DNA of 64,000 nt from Gammaproteobacteria bacterium (GCA_050288105.1 JBNKDE010000013.1:3519-67518), one strand, 5' to 3'. Shown: positions 30,928 through 41,110, counted from the stretch's first letter. Notes: generated from the sequence alone by a model not told the origin. Translations and numbers: made by a program.

Positions 30928-31877
30928 GGTTTTACATACTCGAAAAAGCGATCCAGGTCGATCATTCCACCGCTAAGGATAAGCCCTACTTTTTTCCCTT
31001 TCATGCTCGTCTGTTCTTTAATCAGGGCCGCCAGCGGTGCCGCGCCAGCACCTTCTGCCAGGTTATGGGTGCTTAGGTAATACTCACGCATTGCGTCCTT
31101 AATCTGTTCATCAGACACGGTCACGATGCGACTGGCACCGGCCAGGATAATGTCGAAGGCTTCCGGTAGAGGGCTGCGGGTGGCAACGCCATCGGCGATG
31201 GTGTTAACGTCCTCGGTTGGTATAATTTTCCCGGCCTCGAAGGACAGCGCGAAGGCAGGCGCACCTTCAGCAACAACGCCCACGATTTCTGTTGTTAAAC
31301 CCAGCGCATCACGTGTTTTAATCAGGCCGCAAATGCCCGAGCCCATGCCAACGGGTACATACACGGTATGTAAGTCCTTTATTGTGGATAAGAACTCCAG
31401 CGCATAGCTGGCAACGCCCAGCACCAGATCTCGACAGAAAGGTGGTACGGCCTGGTAACCATAAGCATGCTGTAATTCGATGCTATGTAGACGCGCCGCT
31501 TCAAAATCCTTGCCATGTACAATCAGTTCAGCACCCAGCGATTGTATGGCTCGATTTTGATCAGGGCTGTTGCCTTCAGGAACGACAATGGTGACGGGCA
31601 TGTTGGCCCGCGCGCCAGCATAGGCCAGGCTTTGTCCATGGTTGCCGCGAGTGGCTGAAATCAGGCCATGGATTTGTTCAGGGCGCTGCTGCATTTGATG
31701 CATTAAATGGATCCCACCACGTACCTTAAATGCCGTTGTTGCTGTGTGGTTCTCATGTTTTACCCAAACATCGCAAGCGGTACGCTGGCACAGTAATGGC
31801 CAGTTGCGTTGCAGCGTTGGCTGTATGAATTGATGAACAATGCCAGTGGCCTGTTGCAGTTGCGCCAGATTAAACAT
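30924..31877 (-). CDS. PLP-dependent threonine/serine dehydratase family protein
   Basis: KHENH..T.AFKVRGG, ATRGNHGQS, VPVGMGSG, EGAGA, LSGG. Confidence 0.92.
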   Translation of the reverse strand: MFNLAQLQQATGIVHQFIQPTLQRNWPLLCQRTACDVWVKHENHTATTAFKVRGGIHLMHQMQQRPEQIHGLISATRGNHGQSLAYAGARANMPVTIVVPEGNSPDQNRAIQSLGAELIVHGKDFEAARLHSIELQHAYGYQAVPPFCRDLVLGVASYALEFLSTIKDLHTVYVPVGMGSGICGLIKTRDALGLTTEIVGVVAEGAPAFALSFEAGKIIPTEDVNTIADGVATRSPLPEAFDIILAGASRIVTVSDEQIKDAMREYYLSTHNLAEGAGAAPLAALIKEQTSMKGKKVGLILSGGMIDLDRFFEYVKP

Positions 31878-31922
31878 GGGTATAGCTCCGTATCTCACTT
31901 GACATCTATACTAGTAACTGGA

Positions 31923-31951
31923 ATTGTATGTCTCAAGAAATATATTGTATG
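31923..31951. promoter_or_regulatory. ATTGTATG direct repeats, putative MocR-family operator
   Basis: Identical 8-mers at 31923-31930 and 31944-31951 (21 bp period) between the divergent dehydratase and regulator genes. Confidence 0.6.
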
Positions 31952-31966
31952 GCGGATAATATAATT

Positions 31967-33322
31967 ATGTGGACCCCGGATTTATCCAGAGAGCAGGGGC
32001 CTCTTTACCTGCAACTGGTGAATAGAATGGCGCAGGACATTGAGGCCGGTGTGCTCAAGGTGGGAGAGAAACTACCACCCCAGCGTCAGTTGGCCTGGCA
32101 CCTGGGTATCAACCTGAGCACGGTGACCAAGGCATTCCAGGAAGCAAACAAAAGGCATTTGATTAGTGGTGAAGTTGGCAGGGGAACCTACATCCTGGCT
32201 AAAAGTGCCGAAGCCGCGTTGTTTAATTTAAAACAGGAAGTGGATGCATCAATCATAGATCTGAGTACGCACGTGCCGGTTGCCATGCCCGCAGATCTTG
32301 ATCTGGAGAATACCCTGAGCGAGATGATGCAGGATGGAGAAGGCCTGTCACAATATCTGCAGTATCACTCTCCTTCCTCCGTGCTAAGGCAGAAAATCAG
32401 CTGCTCCCGATGGTTAGCTGAGCTGGGTTATGTTATCGGGCCAGAGTCATGCATTGCTACCACCTGTGCCCAAAATGCTTTAATGGTGAGTTTATTGAGT
32501 TGTTGTCGGGCTGATGACACGGTGCTGGTGAATGAGCTTACCTTTCCTGGCATGAAAGCCGTATCCAGACAGCTCAGTCTAAAACTCCAGGGTATTGAAA
32601 TGGATGAGCAGGGCATTATCCCGCAGGCACTGGAATCGGCCATCCGTTCAAGCAATGCAAGGGTACTGGTGTCGGACCCCAGGCTACAGAATCCGACCGC
32701 CAGTAGTATGGGTAAACAACGCCAGCAGGCGATCATCGATATCATCAAAAAGCATCAATTGTTATTCATTGAAGAATACGTTATCGGTGCATTAACAGGG
32801 TGTCCACCCATTAGCACCGAGATAAAGCAGCATTCCATATTGATCACCAGTTTTGCCAAGACCGTCGCCCCCGGAATCCGTTTTGCGATGATTGCTGGAG
32901 AGCACCCGCTACTGCAAAAGATTCTGGCAGAATCTCACGCTACCAGCTGGCAATTCAGTCCGCTGATGGCCGAGATCGCCTGTCGCTGGATAGAGTCGGG
33001 GCTGGCTAAAAAAAGAATGGATTGGCAATGGCAGGAAATCCAGCAACGACATCGTATTTTTAAAAAGATATTCCCCGATACTCGCTACGCTGGTAATCAT
33101 GAGGTGTGCTCGCATGTCTGGCTCCCGGTAGCAGGTAGCGCAGAGCAGGCCCAGCAAAAATGCCATCAACTGGGTGTAGAGGTTGTCGCAGCAGGGCTAT
33201 TTGCGGTAGGACGCCAGTATCCGCAGTGCATTCGGGTTAGTTTGACCGCTGCAAAGAGCAGGCAGCAATTAAAGATTGGTCTGGAGAGGATTTATCAATC
33301 TGGCGTGATAAAAAGAAAATAA
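31967..33322 (+). CDS. MocR/GabR family regulator (GntR HTH + PLP aminotransferase domain)
   Basis: GEKLPPQRQLA..LG.N.STV, GEVGRGT, QNPT, SFAK..APG.R; start at MWTP (31967) preferred. Confidence 0.92.
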   Translation: MWTPDLSREQGPLYLQLVNRMAQDIEAGVLKVGEKLPPQRQLAWHLGINLSTVTKAFQEANKRHLISGEVGRGTYILAKSAEAALFNLKQEVDASIIDLSTHVPVAMPADLDLENTLSEMMQDGEGLSQYLQYHSPSSVLRQKISCSRWLAELGYVIGPESCIATTCAQNALMVSLLSCCRADDTVLVNELTFPGMKAVSRQLSLKLQGIEMDEQGIIPQALESAIRSSNARVLVSDPRLQNPTASSMGKQRQQAIIDIIKKHQLLFIEEYVIGALTGCPPISTEIKQHSILITSFAKTVAPGIRFAMIAGEHPLLQKILAESHATSWQFSPLMAEIACRWIESGLAKKRMDWQWQEIQQRHRIFKKIFPDTRYAGNHEVCSHVWLPVAGSAEQAQQKCHQLGVEVVAAGLFAVGRQYPQCIRVSLTAAKSRQQLKIGLERIYQSGVIKRK

Positions 33323-33337
33323 TATTTCAGGTTTCTC

Positions 33338-33418
33338 AACCCCACCCTAACCCTCCCCTTGTTAAGGGGAGGGAACTCTTGCTCCTCCCCCTGCCAAGGG
33401 GGAGGTTGGGAGGGGGTT
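33338..33418. repeat. C/G-rich branched palindromic repeat (CCCTAACCCTCCCC type), likely also a bidirectional terminator
   Basis: Outer AACCCC...GGGGTT stem enclosing two CTCCCC..GGGGAG hairpins, between convergent genes. Confidence 0.75.
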
Positions 33419-33457
33419 GATTAATGGCTTCCTCTCCATTCCGGTCAGGTTTAGAAA

Positions 33458-33898
33458 TTACCAGGACTTATAAGGCAGGAACTTACCATTCAAAGTCACA
33501 ACAACTCGGTCACCTTTAGGATCTTCCTGCTTGTCGATATTCATGGTGAAGTCAATCGCTGACATGATGCCATCGCCAAATTTCTCGTGGATCAGTTCTT
33601 TGATGGTTTCGCCATATACACCGACGATTTCGTACCAGCGATAGATAACGGGATCGGTAGGCACAACCTGGGCGAATTCTTTGTTGGGGAAGTCCTGCAA
33701 TGCGGATGACAGGTCTGCACCCAGTCCCAGGATCTCGGCCACCGGATCAGCATTCTCTTTTTCCAGGTGGTTCATACCCAGGCAGGCTGAAGTCGTGTAT
33801 TCGGGCGCGAGACCGGCAGCTTCAGCGATGGCCGCCCAGCTTAATCCCTTCTCTTTTTTGGCTGCCAGAATGGCAAGTTTCATTTCATGTTTGTTCAT
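33458..33898 (-). CDS. cynS: Cyanase (cyanate hydratase)
   Basis: PTDP.IYR.YE, EKFGDGIMSAIDF, GKFLPY signature motifs. Confidence 0.97.
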   Translation of the reverse strand: MNKHEMKLAILAAKKEKGLSWAAIAEAAGLAPEYTTSACLGMNHLEKENADPVAEILGLGADLSSALQDFPNKEFAQVVPTDPVIYRWYEIVGVYGETIKELIHEKFGDGIMSAIDFTMNIDKQEDPKGDRVVVTLNGKFLPYKSW

Positions 33899-33950
33899 CA
33901 AGGTTTACCTCGGTTAGTTTGGTCAATTTGAGTTTTGGTAATGCTTGCAA

Positions 33951-33966
33951 TGCAAATGCAATGCCA
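33951..33966 (-). promoter_or_regulatory. Sigma54 (-24/-12) promoter of cynS
   Basis: TGGCATTGCATTTGCA = GG-N10-GC. Confidence 0.8.
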
Positions 33967-34132
33967 GCTCGGGTAAACAGCCTGCTAGACGGATAAATGG
34001 GTTGAATCTAGCAGGGGGTGAGGGAATGCGGTCCTGATATTTGTCCGACAAAGTCGACAAAGTGGACACGAATTGATGGACAAAGCTGGCCAATGCATCG
34101 AAAAAATCCGTTTAACGGGTCAATTCAGCGGA

Positions 34133-34148
34133 TGGCATGATCTCTGCA
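34133..34148 (+). promoter_or_regulatory. Sigma54 promoter of the ABC transporter operon
   Basis: TGGCATGATCTCTGCA = GG-N10-GC, 35 bp before the ATG. Confidence 0.75.
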
Positions 34149-34182
34149 TTGGTGATACCAATCAAAGTTTAGAGGTGTTGCC

Positions 34183-34995
34183 ATGAGTGCAAATTTAAGT
34201 ATCGATTACATTACCCATACCTTTAAGGGACAGAGTCAACCAACCCTTAAGGATATTGAGCTACAAATTAAGCCGGGCGAAAAAATCGCCCTCATCGGCC
34301 GCAGTGGCTGCGGCAAATCCACCCTGTTGCATATGCTGGCGGGTCTGTTGATCCCCAGTGAAGGTTGTGTACGCATACACGGACATACCGTGAGTAAGCC
34401 CAGCGCAAAATGGAACATGATGTTCCAGAAGCCTTCTTTATACCCCTGGATGAGTGTGCGTGAAAATGCCGAGTTGGGACTGGTATTCACAGGCAAACGC
34501 GACCCTCAGAAAATTGACCGCCTGCTCGCGATGGTGGGCCTGTCGGACAAGGCTGATGCCAATGTGCAAAGCCTGTCAGGTGGTCAGCAACAACGTGTGG
34601 CACTGGCTCGCTCGCTGGCGACTTCGCCAGAACTGTTGTTACTGGACGAGCCTTTTTCTGCACTGGATGCTTTCACCCGCTCAAGCCTGCAGGATGATGT
34701 TGCACGTATTGTGACCCAGGAAGGGTTGACGCTGGTAATTGTTACACATGATATCGATGAAGCGGTGGCAATGGCTGATCGCGTACTGATTATGTCTGCC
34801 AACCCGGGCAAGATCGTCGGTGAAATGCATGTCGACTTACCGCTTCCGCGTAACCGTGCATCTAACGAATTTAGCCGTCAGCGTGAACAGTTAATGAACC
34901 AGTTCGAAGGACTGGTCGGTGATGTTCATGCCTCTGATAACGAATCTGAAACGGCAGCCCAGAGCAAACTGCAAGCCGATCAAAAAGCTGCCTGA
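34183..34995 (+). CDS. ABC transporter ATP-binding subunit (nitrate/cyanate/sulfonate type, CynD-like)
   Basis: GRSGCGKS, LSGGQQQR, LLLDEPF, VTHD. Confidence 0.93.
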   Translation: MSANLSIDYITHTFKGQSQPTLKDIELQIKPGEKIALIGRSGCGKSTLLHMLAGLLIPSEGCVRIHGHTVSKPSAKWNMMFQKPSLYPWMSVRENAELGLVFTGKRDPQKIDRLLAMVGLSDKADANVQSLSGGQQQRVALARSLATSPELLLLDEPFSALDAFTRSSLQDDVARIVTQEGLTLVIVTHDIDEAVAMADRVLIMSANPGKIVGEMHVDLPLPRNRASNEFSRQREQLMNQFEGLVGDVHASDNESETAAQSKLQADQKAA

Positions 34996-35022
34996 TAAAT
35001 CTATTAACCCTGGAGATGTACC

Positions 35023-36261
35023 ATGACTAAACAAAAAGATGATGAATTAGAATACCTGGCCAAACATGAAATGAGTCGTAGAGACTTCATGTTAGATATG
35101 ATGGCTATGGGCGGGCTGGCCGCCGGCATGACCATGCCTGGACTGGGTCTAGCCAATATGACACCCCCTGACGATGAAGTCGTCAGGATTGGATACCTGC
35201 CAATCACCGATGCGACTGCATTGCTGGTTGCGCATGGCATGGGCTTTTTTGAGGATGAAAGCCTGAAGGCTGAAAAGCCAACCTTGATTAGAGGCTGGTC
35301 TCCATTGGTGGAAGGCTTTGCCGCAGGCAAATTTAACCTGGTGCATTTTCTCAAGCCGATCCCGGTGTGGATGCGTTACAACAATGACTTTCCGGTCAAA
35401 ATCATGTCCTGGGCACATATCAATGGTTCGGCCCTGGTAGTGGGTAAGCACACGGGTGCAGAAGATTTCAAGGACCTGGGCGGCATGCAGGTCGCTGTTC
35501 CTTACTGGTATTCGATGCATAACATCGTGTTGCAGATGGGATTGCGTAGCGCAGGCCTGAAGCCGGTGATTAAGGACCAGAAAGCGCCGCTGGCAAAGGA
35601 TGAAGTTAACCTGATGATTATGCCGCCGCCTGACATGCCGCCTGCACTGGCTGCGCAAAAGATCGATGCCTTTATTGTGGCAGAGCCATTTAATGCCTTC
35701 GGTGAAATGAAAGCTGGCGGTAAAGTGTTGCGTTTTACCGGTGATATGTGGAAAAACCACCCTTGCTGCGTTATCTGCATGAATGAAAACACCGTCAATG
35801 CCAAGCCCGAGTGGACGCAAAAGGTGATGAATGCAATTGTTCGAGCCGAAGTGTATGCGCAACAGAACAAGGAAGAGGTCGCCATGATGATGTCTCGCGA
35901 CGGCAAAAAATACCTGCCCATGCCGGGTAAGGCAGTGGTCAGGGCGATGACTTATTATGATGAAGGCAAGTACGCAACACCCGATGCTATCCGCAACAAA
36001 GGCGAGTTTGGCAATGGTCGTATCGACTTTTCACCTTATCCCTATCCTTCGGCCACTAAAATGATCGTCGATGCCATGGGTGAAACACTGGTCAGTGGTG
36101 ACAATACCTTTATCAAGAAACTGGATCCTGAATTCGTAGCGAATGACCTGGTTGACTACAAGCATGTGAAAGCGGCAATGGCTAAATTCAAGGGCTGGGA
36201 AAACTCTCCCGGCGTTGATGCGGCGAATCCGTTTGAACGTGAAGAAGTGGTGAAGATATGA
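35023..36261 (+). CDS. ABC transporter substrate-binding protein (CmpA/NrtA/CynA family), Tat-exported
   Basis: SRRDFM twin-arginine signal, IGYLPITDA..L, AEPF, W.NHPCC. Confidence 0.9.
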   Translation: MTKQKDDELEYLAKHEMSRRDFMLDMMAMGGLAAGMTMPGLGLANMTPPDDEVVRIGYLPITDATALLVAHGMGFFEDESLKAEKPTLIRGWSPLVEGFAAGKFNLVHFLKPIPVWMRYNNDFPVKIMSWAHINGSALVVGKHTGAEDFKDLGGMQVAVPYWYSMHNIVLQMGLRSAGLKPVIKDQKAPLAKDEVNLMIMPPPDMPPALAAQKIDAFIVAEPFNAFGEMKAGGKVLRFTGDMWKNHPCCVICMNENTVNAKPEWTQKVMNAIVRAEVYAQQNKEEVAMMMSRDGKKYLPMPGKAVVRAMTYYDEGKYATPDAIRNKGEFGNGRIDFSPYPYPSATKMIVDAMGETLVSGDNTFIKKLDPEFVANDLVDYKHVKAAMAKFKGWENSPGVDAANPFEREEVVKI

Positions 36262-37100
36262 GTACGCCTGAAACTGTGATGGCTTTTCGCATGCGCAAAA
36301 CCGGACCTGTGGTCGACTGGTCACAGCTGGGATTGTTTTTACTGACCCGCCTGGGTTATCCGGCTGCCGGTATTATGATGATGGTCGGATTATGGTGGAT
36401 TGGTGGCTGGTTGATCGCCAGCAATCCAGCAACCGAATCCTTTGCTGATTTTGCGCCAGAGCCTACTTTTTATCGTTTGATTGAGCTGGTTGCAAATGGC
36501 TACATGATCGAGGCTTCATTACCGAGTTTGCAGCGTATTGGACTGGGGCTATGGTGGGCGGTGTTGATCGGGGTGCCGGTGGGTGTCGCGATAGGGCTGT
36601 TCGCGCGCATGCGTGAACTGACCCACGTACCCTTCCAGTTCTTACGCATGATCTCGCCACTGGCGTGGATGCCGATTGCGGTTATGGCGTTTGCAACCTG
36701 GGATAGTGCGATCGTCTTTCTAATCACTGTGGCAGCGATCTGGCCAATTGTATTTTCTTCTGCACAGGGTGTACGCCGCATTGATCCGCTGTGGTTTAAG
36801 GTGGCGAAGAACCTGGGTGCAGGTGGCGTACAGATGCTGTGGCGTATTATTCTGCCTGCTATCGGTCAGGATGTGTTTGCCGGTATTCGCCTTGCGGTAG
36901 GTGTGGCCTGGATCGTGCTGGTTCCTGCCGAATACCTGGGTGTAACCAGCGGTCTGGGTTATGCGATCAACGATGCGCGAGATACGCTTGAGTATGACAC
37001 GCTGGCCGCTATGGTCGTGATCATTGGTATCATCGGCTTCTTTCTGGATGCCATTTGTGTCAGTTTCATCAAGCGATTCAGCTGGCACAATCAGGACTAA
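36258..37100 (+). CDS. ABC transporter permease (CynB/NrtB-like)
   Basis: LRMISPLAWMPIA, EAA-like loop, W..LV.AE..G...GLG. Confidence 0.92.
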   Translation: MSTPETVMAFRMRKTGPVVDWSQLGLFLLTRLGYPAAGIMMMVGLWWIGGWLIASNPATESFADFAPEPTFYRLIELVANGYMIEASLPSLQRIGLGLWWAVLIGVPVGVAIGLFARMRELTHVPFQFLRMISPLAWMPIAVMAFATWDSAIVFLITVAAIWPIVFSSAQGVRRIDPLWFKVAKNLGAGGVQMLWRIILPAIGQDVFAGIRLAVGVAWIVLVPAEYLGVTSGLGYAINDARDTLEYDTLAAMVVIIGIIGFFLDAICVSFIKRFSWHNQD

Positions 37101-37104
37101 TCTG

Positions 37105-37174
37105 CGCACCATTTCGGTTCAAAAACAAAATCGAAATGGTGCAGCTCTTGCTGTTTCTGCACCTTAAATAAGAA
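37105..37174. promoter_or_regulatory. NtrC-like sites / hairpin upstream of the sigma54 regulator
   Basis: CGCACCATTTCGGTTCA, ...AAATGGTGCA and TGCACC half-sites resemble TGCACCA-N3-TGGTGCA; the first two also form a hairpin. Confidence 0.5.
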
Positions 37175-37257
37175 TCTACCGATTTACTAATGTAAAATTA
37201 GACGCGCTATTGTCGATAGGCATACTGATGCATTGTCGACATTGTCAGGAGTAGATT

Positions 37258-38877
37258 ATGGATCCGAGAAGTGACTCATCCATTCTTGAATCAGAATTGC
37301 TGGTTGTGCACGAAGCAGCCAAACTTATCACCCGCTATAAGGAACCCGGCCCGGCTATACAGGGCATCTTGAGATTACTTTCTCAACTACTCGGCTTAAA
37401 CCGGGGTCGGGTGCTATTGCCCGATATCCAGAGCAATACCCTTGAAATCAAATACGCTTATGGATTGACCGAAAATGAAAAGGATCGGGGTCGTTATATT
37501 ATTGGCGAAGGGGTGACCGGGAGAATCTATCAAACCGGTCAGATTGCGCTGATTCAGGATATCGATGAAGAGCCAACCTACCTGGCGCGCGCGGTTGACC
37601 GGACTACGCTACCTAGCGAAGTCGTATCCTATATTGGCTTACCTATTATTGCGGATGAATCTCCCATAGGCGTGCTGGCGGTGCATCGCCTGCGATTCCG
37701 GGAACGGCCCTTTGCACGCGATCTGGAACTGTTGCAGGTGATGTCGACCTTTATCGCCCAGGTACTGGTGATTAACGAACTGGTATCTGAGCGCACCGCG
37801 CAATTGGTATCAGAAAATCAGTTACTTAAAAATAAGCTGGAAAGCAAGGGTGCACGCTTTGGCATTATCGGGCAGAGTCCGGCATTACATCAGGCCATAC
37901 AACAGGCGTTGCAGGTCGCAGATACCAATACCACAGTATTATTGCTGGGTGAGTCGGGCACTGGTAAGGAAAGATTTGCGCGCATGCAGCATCTCGCGAG
38001 CCAGCGTGCGGAAGGCCCCTTTGTTAGTATCAACTGTGCAGCCATCCCTTCATCATTGATTGAGTCAGAACTATTCGGTCACGAGAAAGGTGCCTTCACC
38101 GGTGCAACAGGTACCAAGCAGGGCAAGATAGAACTGGCTTCAGGCGGTACGCTGTTTCTGGATGAAATCGGTGACATGGATCTGGAACTACAGGCCAAGT
38201 TGCTCAAGGTACTGGAGAACAAGGTGATTCAACGAGTAGGCGGCAGCAAGGATATCAATGTGGATGTGCGAATTCTCGCGGCTACCCATAAAAATCTGCA
38301 GGAAGCGGTAAATGAAAACCGCTTTCGTCTGGACCTGTTCTATCGACTGAATGTATTTCCGATAAGATTGCCAGCCCTGCGCGCACGACGCGGCGATGTA
38401 CCCCTGCTGTGTCGTTTCTTCCTGAATACGGCGAATGAAGAATATGCGCGTAACCAGAACTTTACTACGGGTGCCCTGCGTCTTCTGGAACAGTACCCCT
38501 GGCCGGGAAATATCCGGCAGCTGGAAAACCTGGTAAAGCGTGCGGTACTGTTATGTGTTGACAATCAGATTAGTGAAGAACTGATACAGCAGATACTGGA
38601 AGATGAAGTCGCGGTGAACTCACCGGGATCAGAAGACCTGTTGCCGCTAAACGCCGAAATCAATACCAGCTTTCCTCCACCTGTCAGCGAGGTTTATCAG
38701 CCCCAGTCACCCACGGACGGACTGCGGCCCTATTTACGCGTACGCGAAGACGAGAGTACTGAAATATTGCAGGCACTGGCGCAGCAGCACGGAAATAAAA
38801 CGCGGGCGGCGATGAGTTTAGGTATGACGCCACGACAGTTTCGTTACCGTATCAAGAAACTTAATCTTGAGGTTTGA
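37258..38877 (+). CDS. Sigma54-dependent activator, GAF-AAA+-Fis HTH (NifA-like architecture, CynF-like context)
   Basis: GAF (GEGVTG), [30 protein letters not shown]-terminal HTH. Confidence 0.92.
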   Translation: MDPRSDSSILESELLVVHEAAKLITRYKEPGPAIQGILRLLSQLLGLNRGRVLLPDIQSNTLEIKYAYGLTENEKDRGRYIIGEGVTGRIYQTGQIALIQDIDEEPTYLARAVDRTTLPSEVVSYIGLPIIADESPIGVLAVHRLRFRERPFARDLELLQVMSTFIAQVLVINELVSERTAQLVSENQLLKNKLESKGARFGIIGQSPALHQAIQQALQVADTNTTVLLLGESGTGKERFARMQHLASQRAEGPFVSINCAAIPSSLIESELFGHEKGAFTGATGTKQGKIELASGGTLFLDEIGDMDLELQAKLLKVLENKVIQRVGGSKDINVDVRILAATHKNLQEAVNENRFRLDLFYRLNVFPIRLPALRARRGDVPLLCRFFLNTANEEYARNQNFTTGALRLLEQYPWPGNIRQLENLVKRAVLLCVDNQISEELIQQILEDEVAVNSPGSEDLLPLNAEINTSFPPPVSEVYQPQSPTDGLRPYLRVREDESTEILQALAQQHGNKTRAAMSLGMTPRQFRYRIKKLNLEV

Positions 38878-38887
38878 CTGGCTTTTT

Positions 38888-39161
38888 AACCACGAATTAG
38901 GGCAGGGATGCCCGTAAGTAGAGCAACGCAGGAGCAGTTGCCGAGCACACGAAGGGGTTTGAGTAATGGGAAAAGAATTTTAACCACAGAGAGCACAGAG
39001 AGCACAGAGAATTATAAAAATATTCTGTAACTATTCATCTCCTGTTTTAAGAAGACTCTGGTAATTGCCTGGCAACATATCTTACATTCTTCGTGCCCTT
39101 CGTGGTTTATCAAACCAGAAACACACAAATCTTCTCTGTGTACTCTGTGCTCTCTGTGGTT
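38888..39161. repeat. Two interleaved family A pairs with nested GTAG-type REP at 38896-38943
   Basis: Order: CACGAAG left arm, CACAGAG left arm, CTTCGTG right arm, CTCTGTG right arm. Confidence 0.82.
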
Positions 39162-39301
39162 CAAATTAACCAAGAGATCTTCTAAGCACACTCGGTGGTG
39201 TAACGCCACTGTTGGACAAAGGTGACAAAGTGTCCGGCATTGCCTGGACATTGTCGACAAACCATTCTGATCGGATTTTCACTAGATACGAAATCTTCAC
39301 A

Positions 39302-39350
39302 TAAGTGATTGATATATAACAAATAAAACCCTTCTGGCTCGGCCGTTGCA
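39302..39350 (+). promoter_or_regulatory. IHF site plus sigma54 promoter of the OsmC-like operon
   Basis: TATCAATCACTTA (minus strand 39302-39314) fits WATCAANNNNTTR; TGGCTCGGCCGTTGCA (39335-39350) = GG-N10-GC. Confidence 0.8.
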
Positions 39351-39392
39351 ATAACTCCAGTATGTTTAATAAATATCAACTGGAGAATTAAC

Positions 39393-39941
39393 ATGAGTGT
39401 AAATCAACAAACTATTGCAAAAAACATGAGCTGCCTACGTCCTCTGGATGGTGAGGGTTTAAAGGAACTGGGCGAGAAGGGCAAAGCCAATCCGAACGCT
39501 GTCGTTACCCTGAAAGCTAAGACTGTCTGCGAAGGTCAGTTCCGCATGCAAACCTATGTGCGCGACCTGGCACCCATGCTGATCGATGAGCCGCCTCATC
39601 TTCTGGGCGAAAACAATGCACCTAATCCTTCTGAAGCAGTGCTGGCTACTTTAGGTGCCTGCCTGGCGGTAGGTGTACACGCTAATGCCACTGCTAGAGG
39701 AATTAAACTCAGCAAGCTGGAGCTGGAACTGGAAGGTGATATCAACGTAACCGCAGTATGGGGAACCGGAGATCTGGACGAAGCCAAGACACTGGGATTT
39801 TCCGCAGTGCGCGTGAAGATTGATGCCGAAGGTGATGCTTCTAAAGAAGAAATCGATGAAATCATCGGTCACTCTAATGTGTGGTCTCCAGTTGCTAATA
39901 CCCTGCGTAACAATGTTGCACTGGAAGTATCACCTGCATAA
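39393..39941 (+). CDS. OsmC/Ohr-like protein lacking the second conserved Cys
   Basis: DEP..L.G.N.APNPSE..LA.LGACL; WSPV where Ohr/OsmC have CPV. Confidence 0.85.
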   Translation: MSVNQQTIAKNMSCLRPLDGEGLKELGEKGKANPNAVVTLKAKTVCEGQFRMQTYVRDLAPMLIDEPPHLLGENNAPNPSEAVLATLGACLAVGVHANATARGIKLSKLELELEGDINVTAVWGTGDLDEAKTLGFSAVRVKIDAEGDASKEEIDEIIGHSNVWSPVANTLRNNVALEVSPA

Positions 39942-39967
39942 GCCTGGATATTAAAGGAGCCATAGCC

Positions 39968-41101
39968 ATGAGCGAATCAGTAAAAAGTCTATCCGATGAG
40001 ATACTGTCGGTTGAACAATTGATCAGTTCGACCCAGCAGATCGTTGATACCACTTTAAAGCCATTAACCAACAAGATAGATATTGAAGGTTATTATCCTG
40101 AAGAAGTGTTGCGTCAACTGGGGCCGATAGGCGCATTTAAACAGCATCTTCCTTTCGTACGTAAGGACGGTGAACATGACATGGGCGCAGCCATACAGGC
40201 TATGGCTACGGTTTCGCATGAATGCATGTCAACCGGTTTTACCATGTGGTGTCAGGATACCTGTGGATGGTATCTGCAAAGCGCGGCGAACACCGAAGTT
40301 AGAGACATCTGGCTACCTAAAATTGCCAGCGGCGAAGTGCTCGCGGGTACCGGCATGTCTAATACCATGAAAGCATTTGCGGGTATCGAGCCACTACGCC
40401 TGAAGGGTAAAAAGGTCGATGGAGGTTACATTGTAAATGGTTCATTACCCTGGGTATCTAACCTGGGTGAGAATCATGTCTTTGGCACTTTATTCGAGCT
40501 GGAAGGCGCAAACGGTCGTTCAGTGATGACGCTGGTCGATTGTTCGATGGAAGGCTTTACACTCAGACTTTCTGCACATTTCACCGCATTAGAAGGTACC
40601 CGTACCTTTGCCTGTATCTTCGATAATGTGTTTATTCCTGACTCGATGATTATCGATCATGATGGCGCGTCGTTTCTCAAGCGTATCCGTGCAGGTATGG
40701 TGTTACTACAATTCGGTATGGGTGTCGGTAATATCCAGTCCTGCATCGATCTAAGCCGTGATGTTGAACCACTGCTGGGGCACGTAAACTGCTATCTGGA
40801 AGATCGCCCTGATGAGTTACAGGAAGAGCTGGATGATGCGGTAGAAGCCACTCTGGCACTGGCGGAAGATCCGTTCGAAACCTCGGATGAGTTTTTCCGT
40901 GAAATTCTACAGCTACGTCTTGCTGCAGGTGAACTGGCCATACGTGCTTCGCAATCAGCCATGATGCATACCGGCGCCAAGGGTTACCTGAAAGAAGCGC
41001 CTGCACAGAGAAAGTTACGTGAATCCTACTTTATTGCCATTGTTACACCGGCCATCAAGCATTTACGTAAAGAACTGGACACCATGGCTGTCGCAGCCTG
41101 A
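39968..41101 (+). CDS. Acyl-CoA dehydrogenase-fold flavoprotein, substrate unknown
   Basis: GY.VNG.LPWVSN, FDNVFIP, TGAKGY....AQRKLRE; lacks the C-terminal YEGT-type motif. Confidence 0.85.
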   Translation: MSESVKSLSDEILSVEQLISSTQQIVDTTLKPLTNKIDIEGYYPEEVLRQLGPIGAFKQHLPFVRKDGEHDMGAAIQAMATVSHECMSTGFTMWCQDTCGWYLQSAANTEVRDIWLPKIASGEVLAGTGMSNTMKAFAGIEPLRLKGKKVDGGYIVNGSLPWVSNLGENHVFGTLFELEGANGRSVMTLVDCSMEGFTLRLSAHFTALEGTRTFACIFDNVFIPDSMIIDHDGASFLKRIRAGMVLLQFGMGVGNIQSCIDLSRDVEPLLGHVNCYLEDRPDELQEELDDAVEATLALAEDPFETSDEFFREILQLRLAAGELAIRASQSAMMHTGAKGYLKEAPAQRKLRESYFIAIVTPAIKHLRKELDTMAVAA

Positions 41102-41110
41102 GTCTCATGA

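Noticed and set aside
37218-37233. Sigma54 promoter AGGCATACTGATGCA before the activator gene
   Set aside because: The spacing is GG-N9-GC, not the required N10.
37258-38877. Calling the sigma54 activator nifA
   Set aside because: It has the same GAF-AAA-HTH architecture, but there are no nif genes and the context is cyanase.
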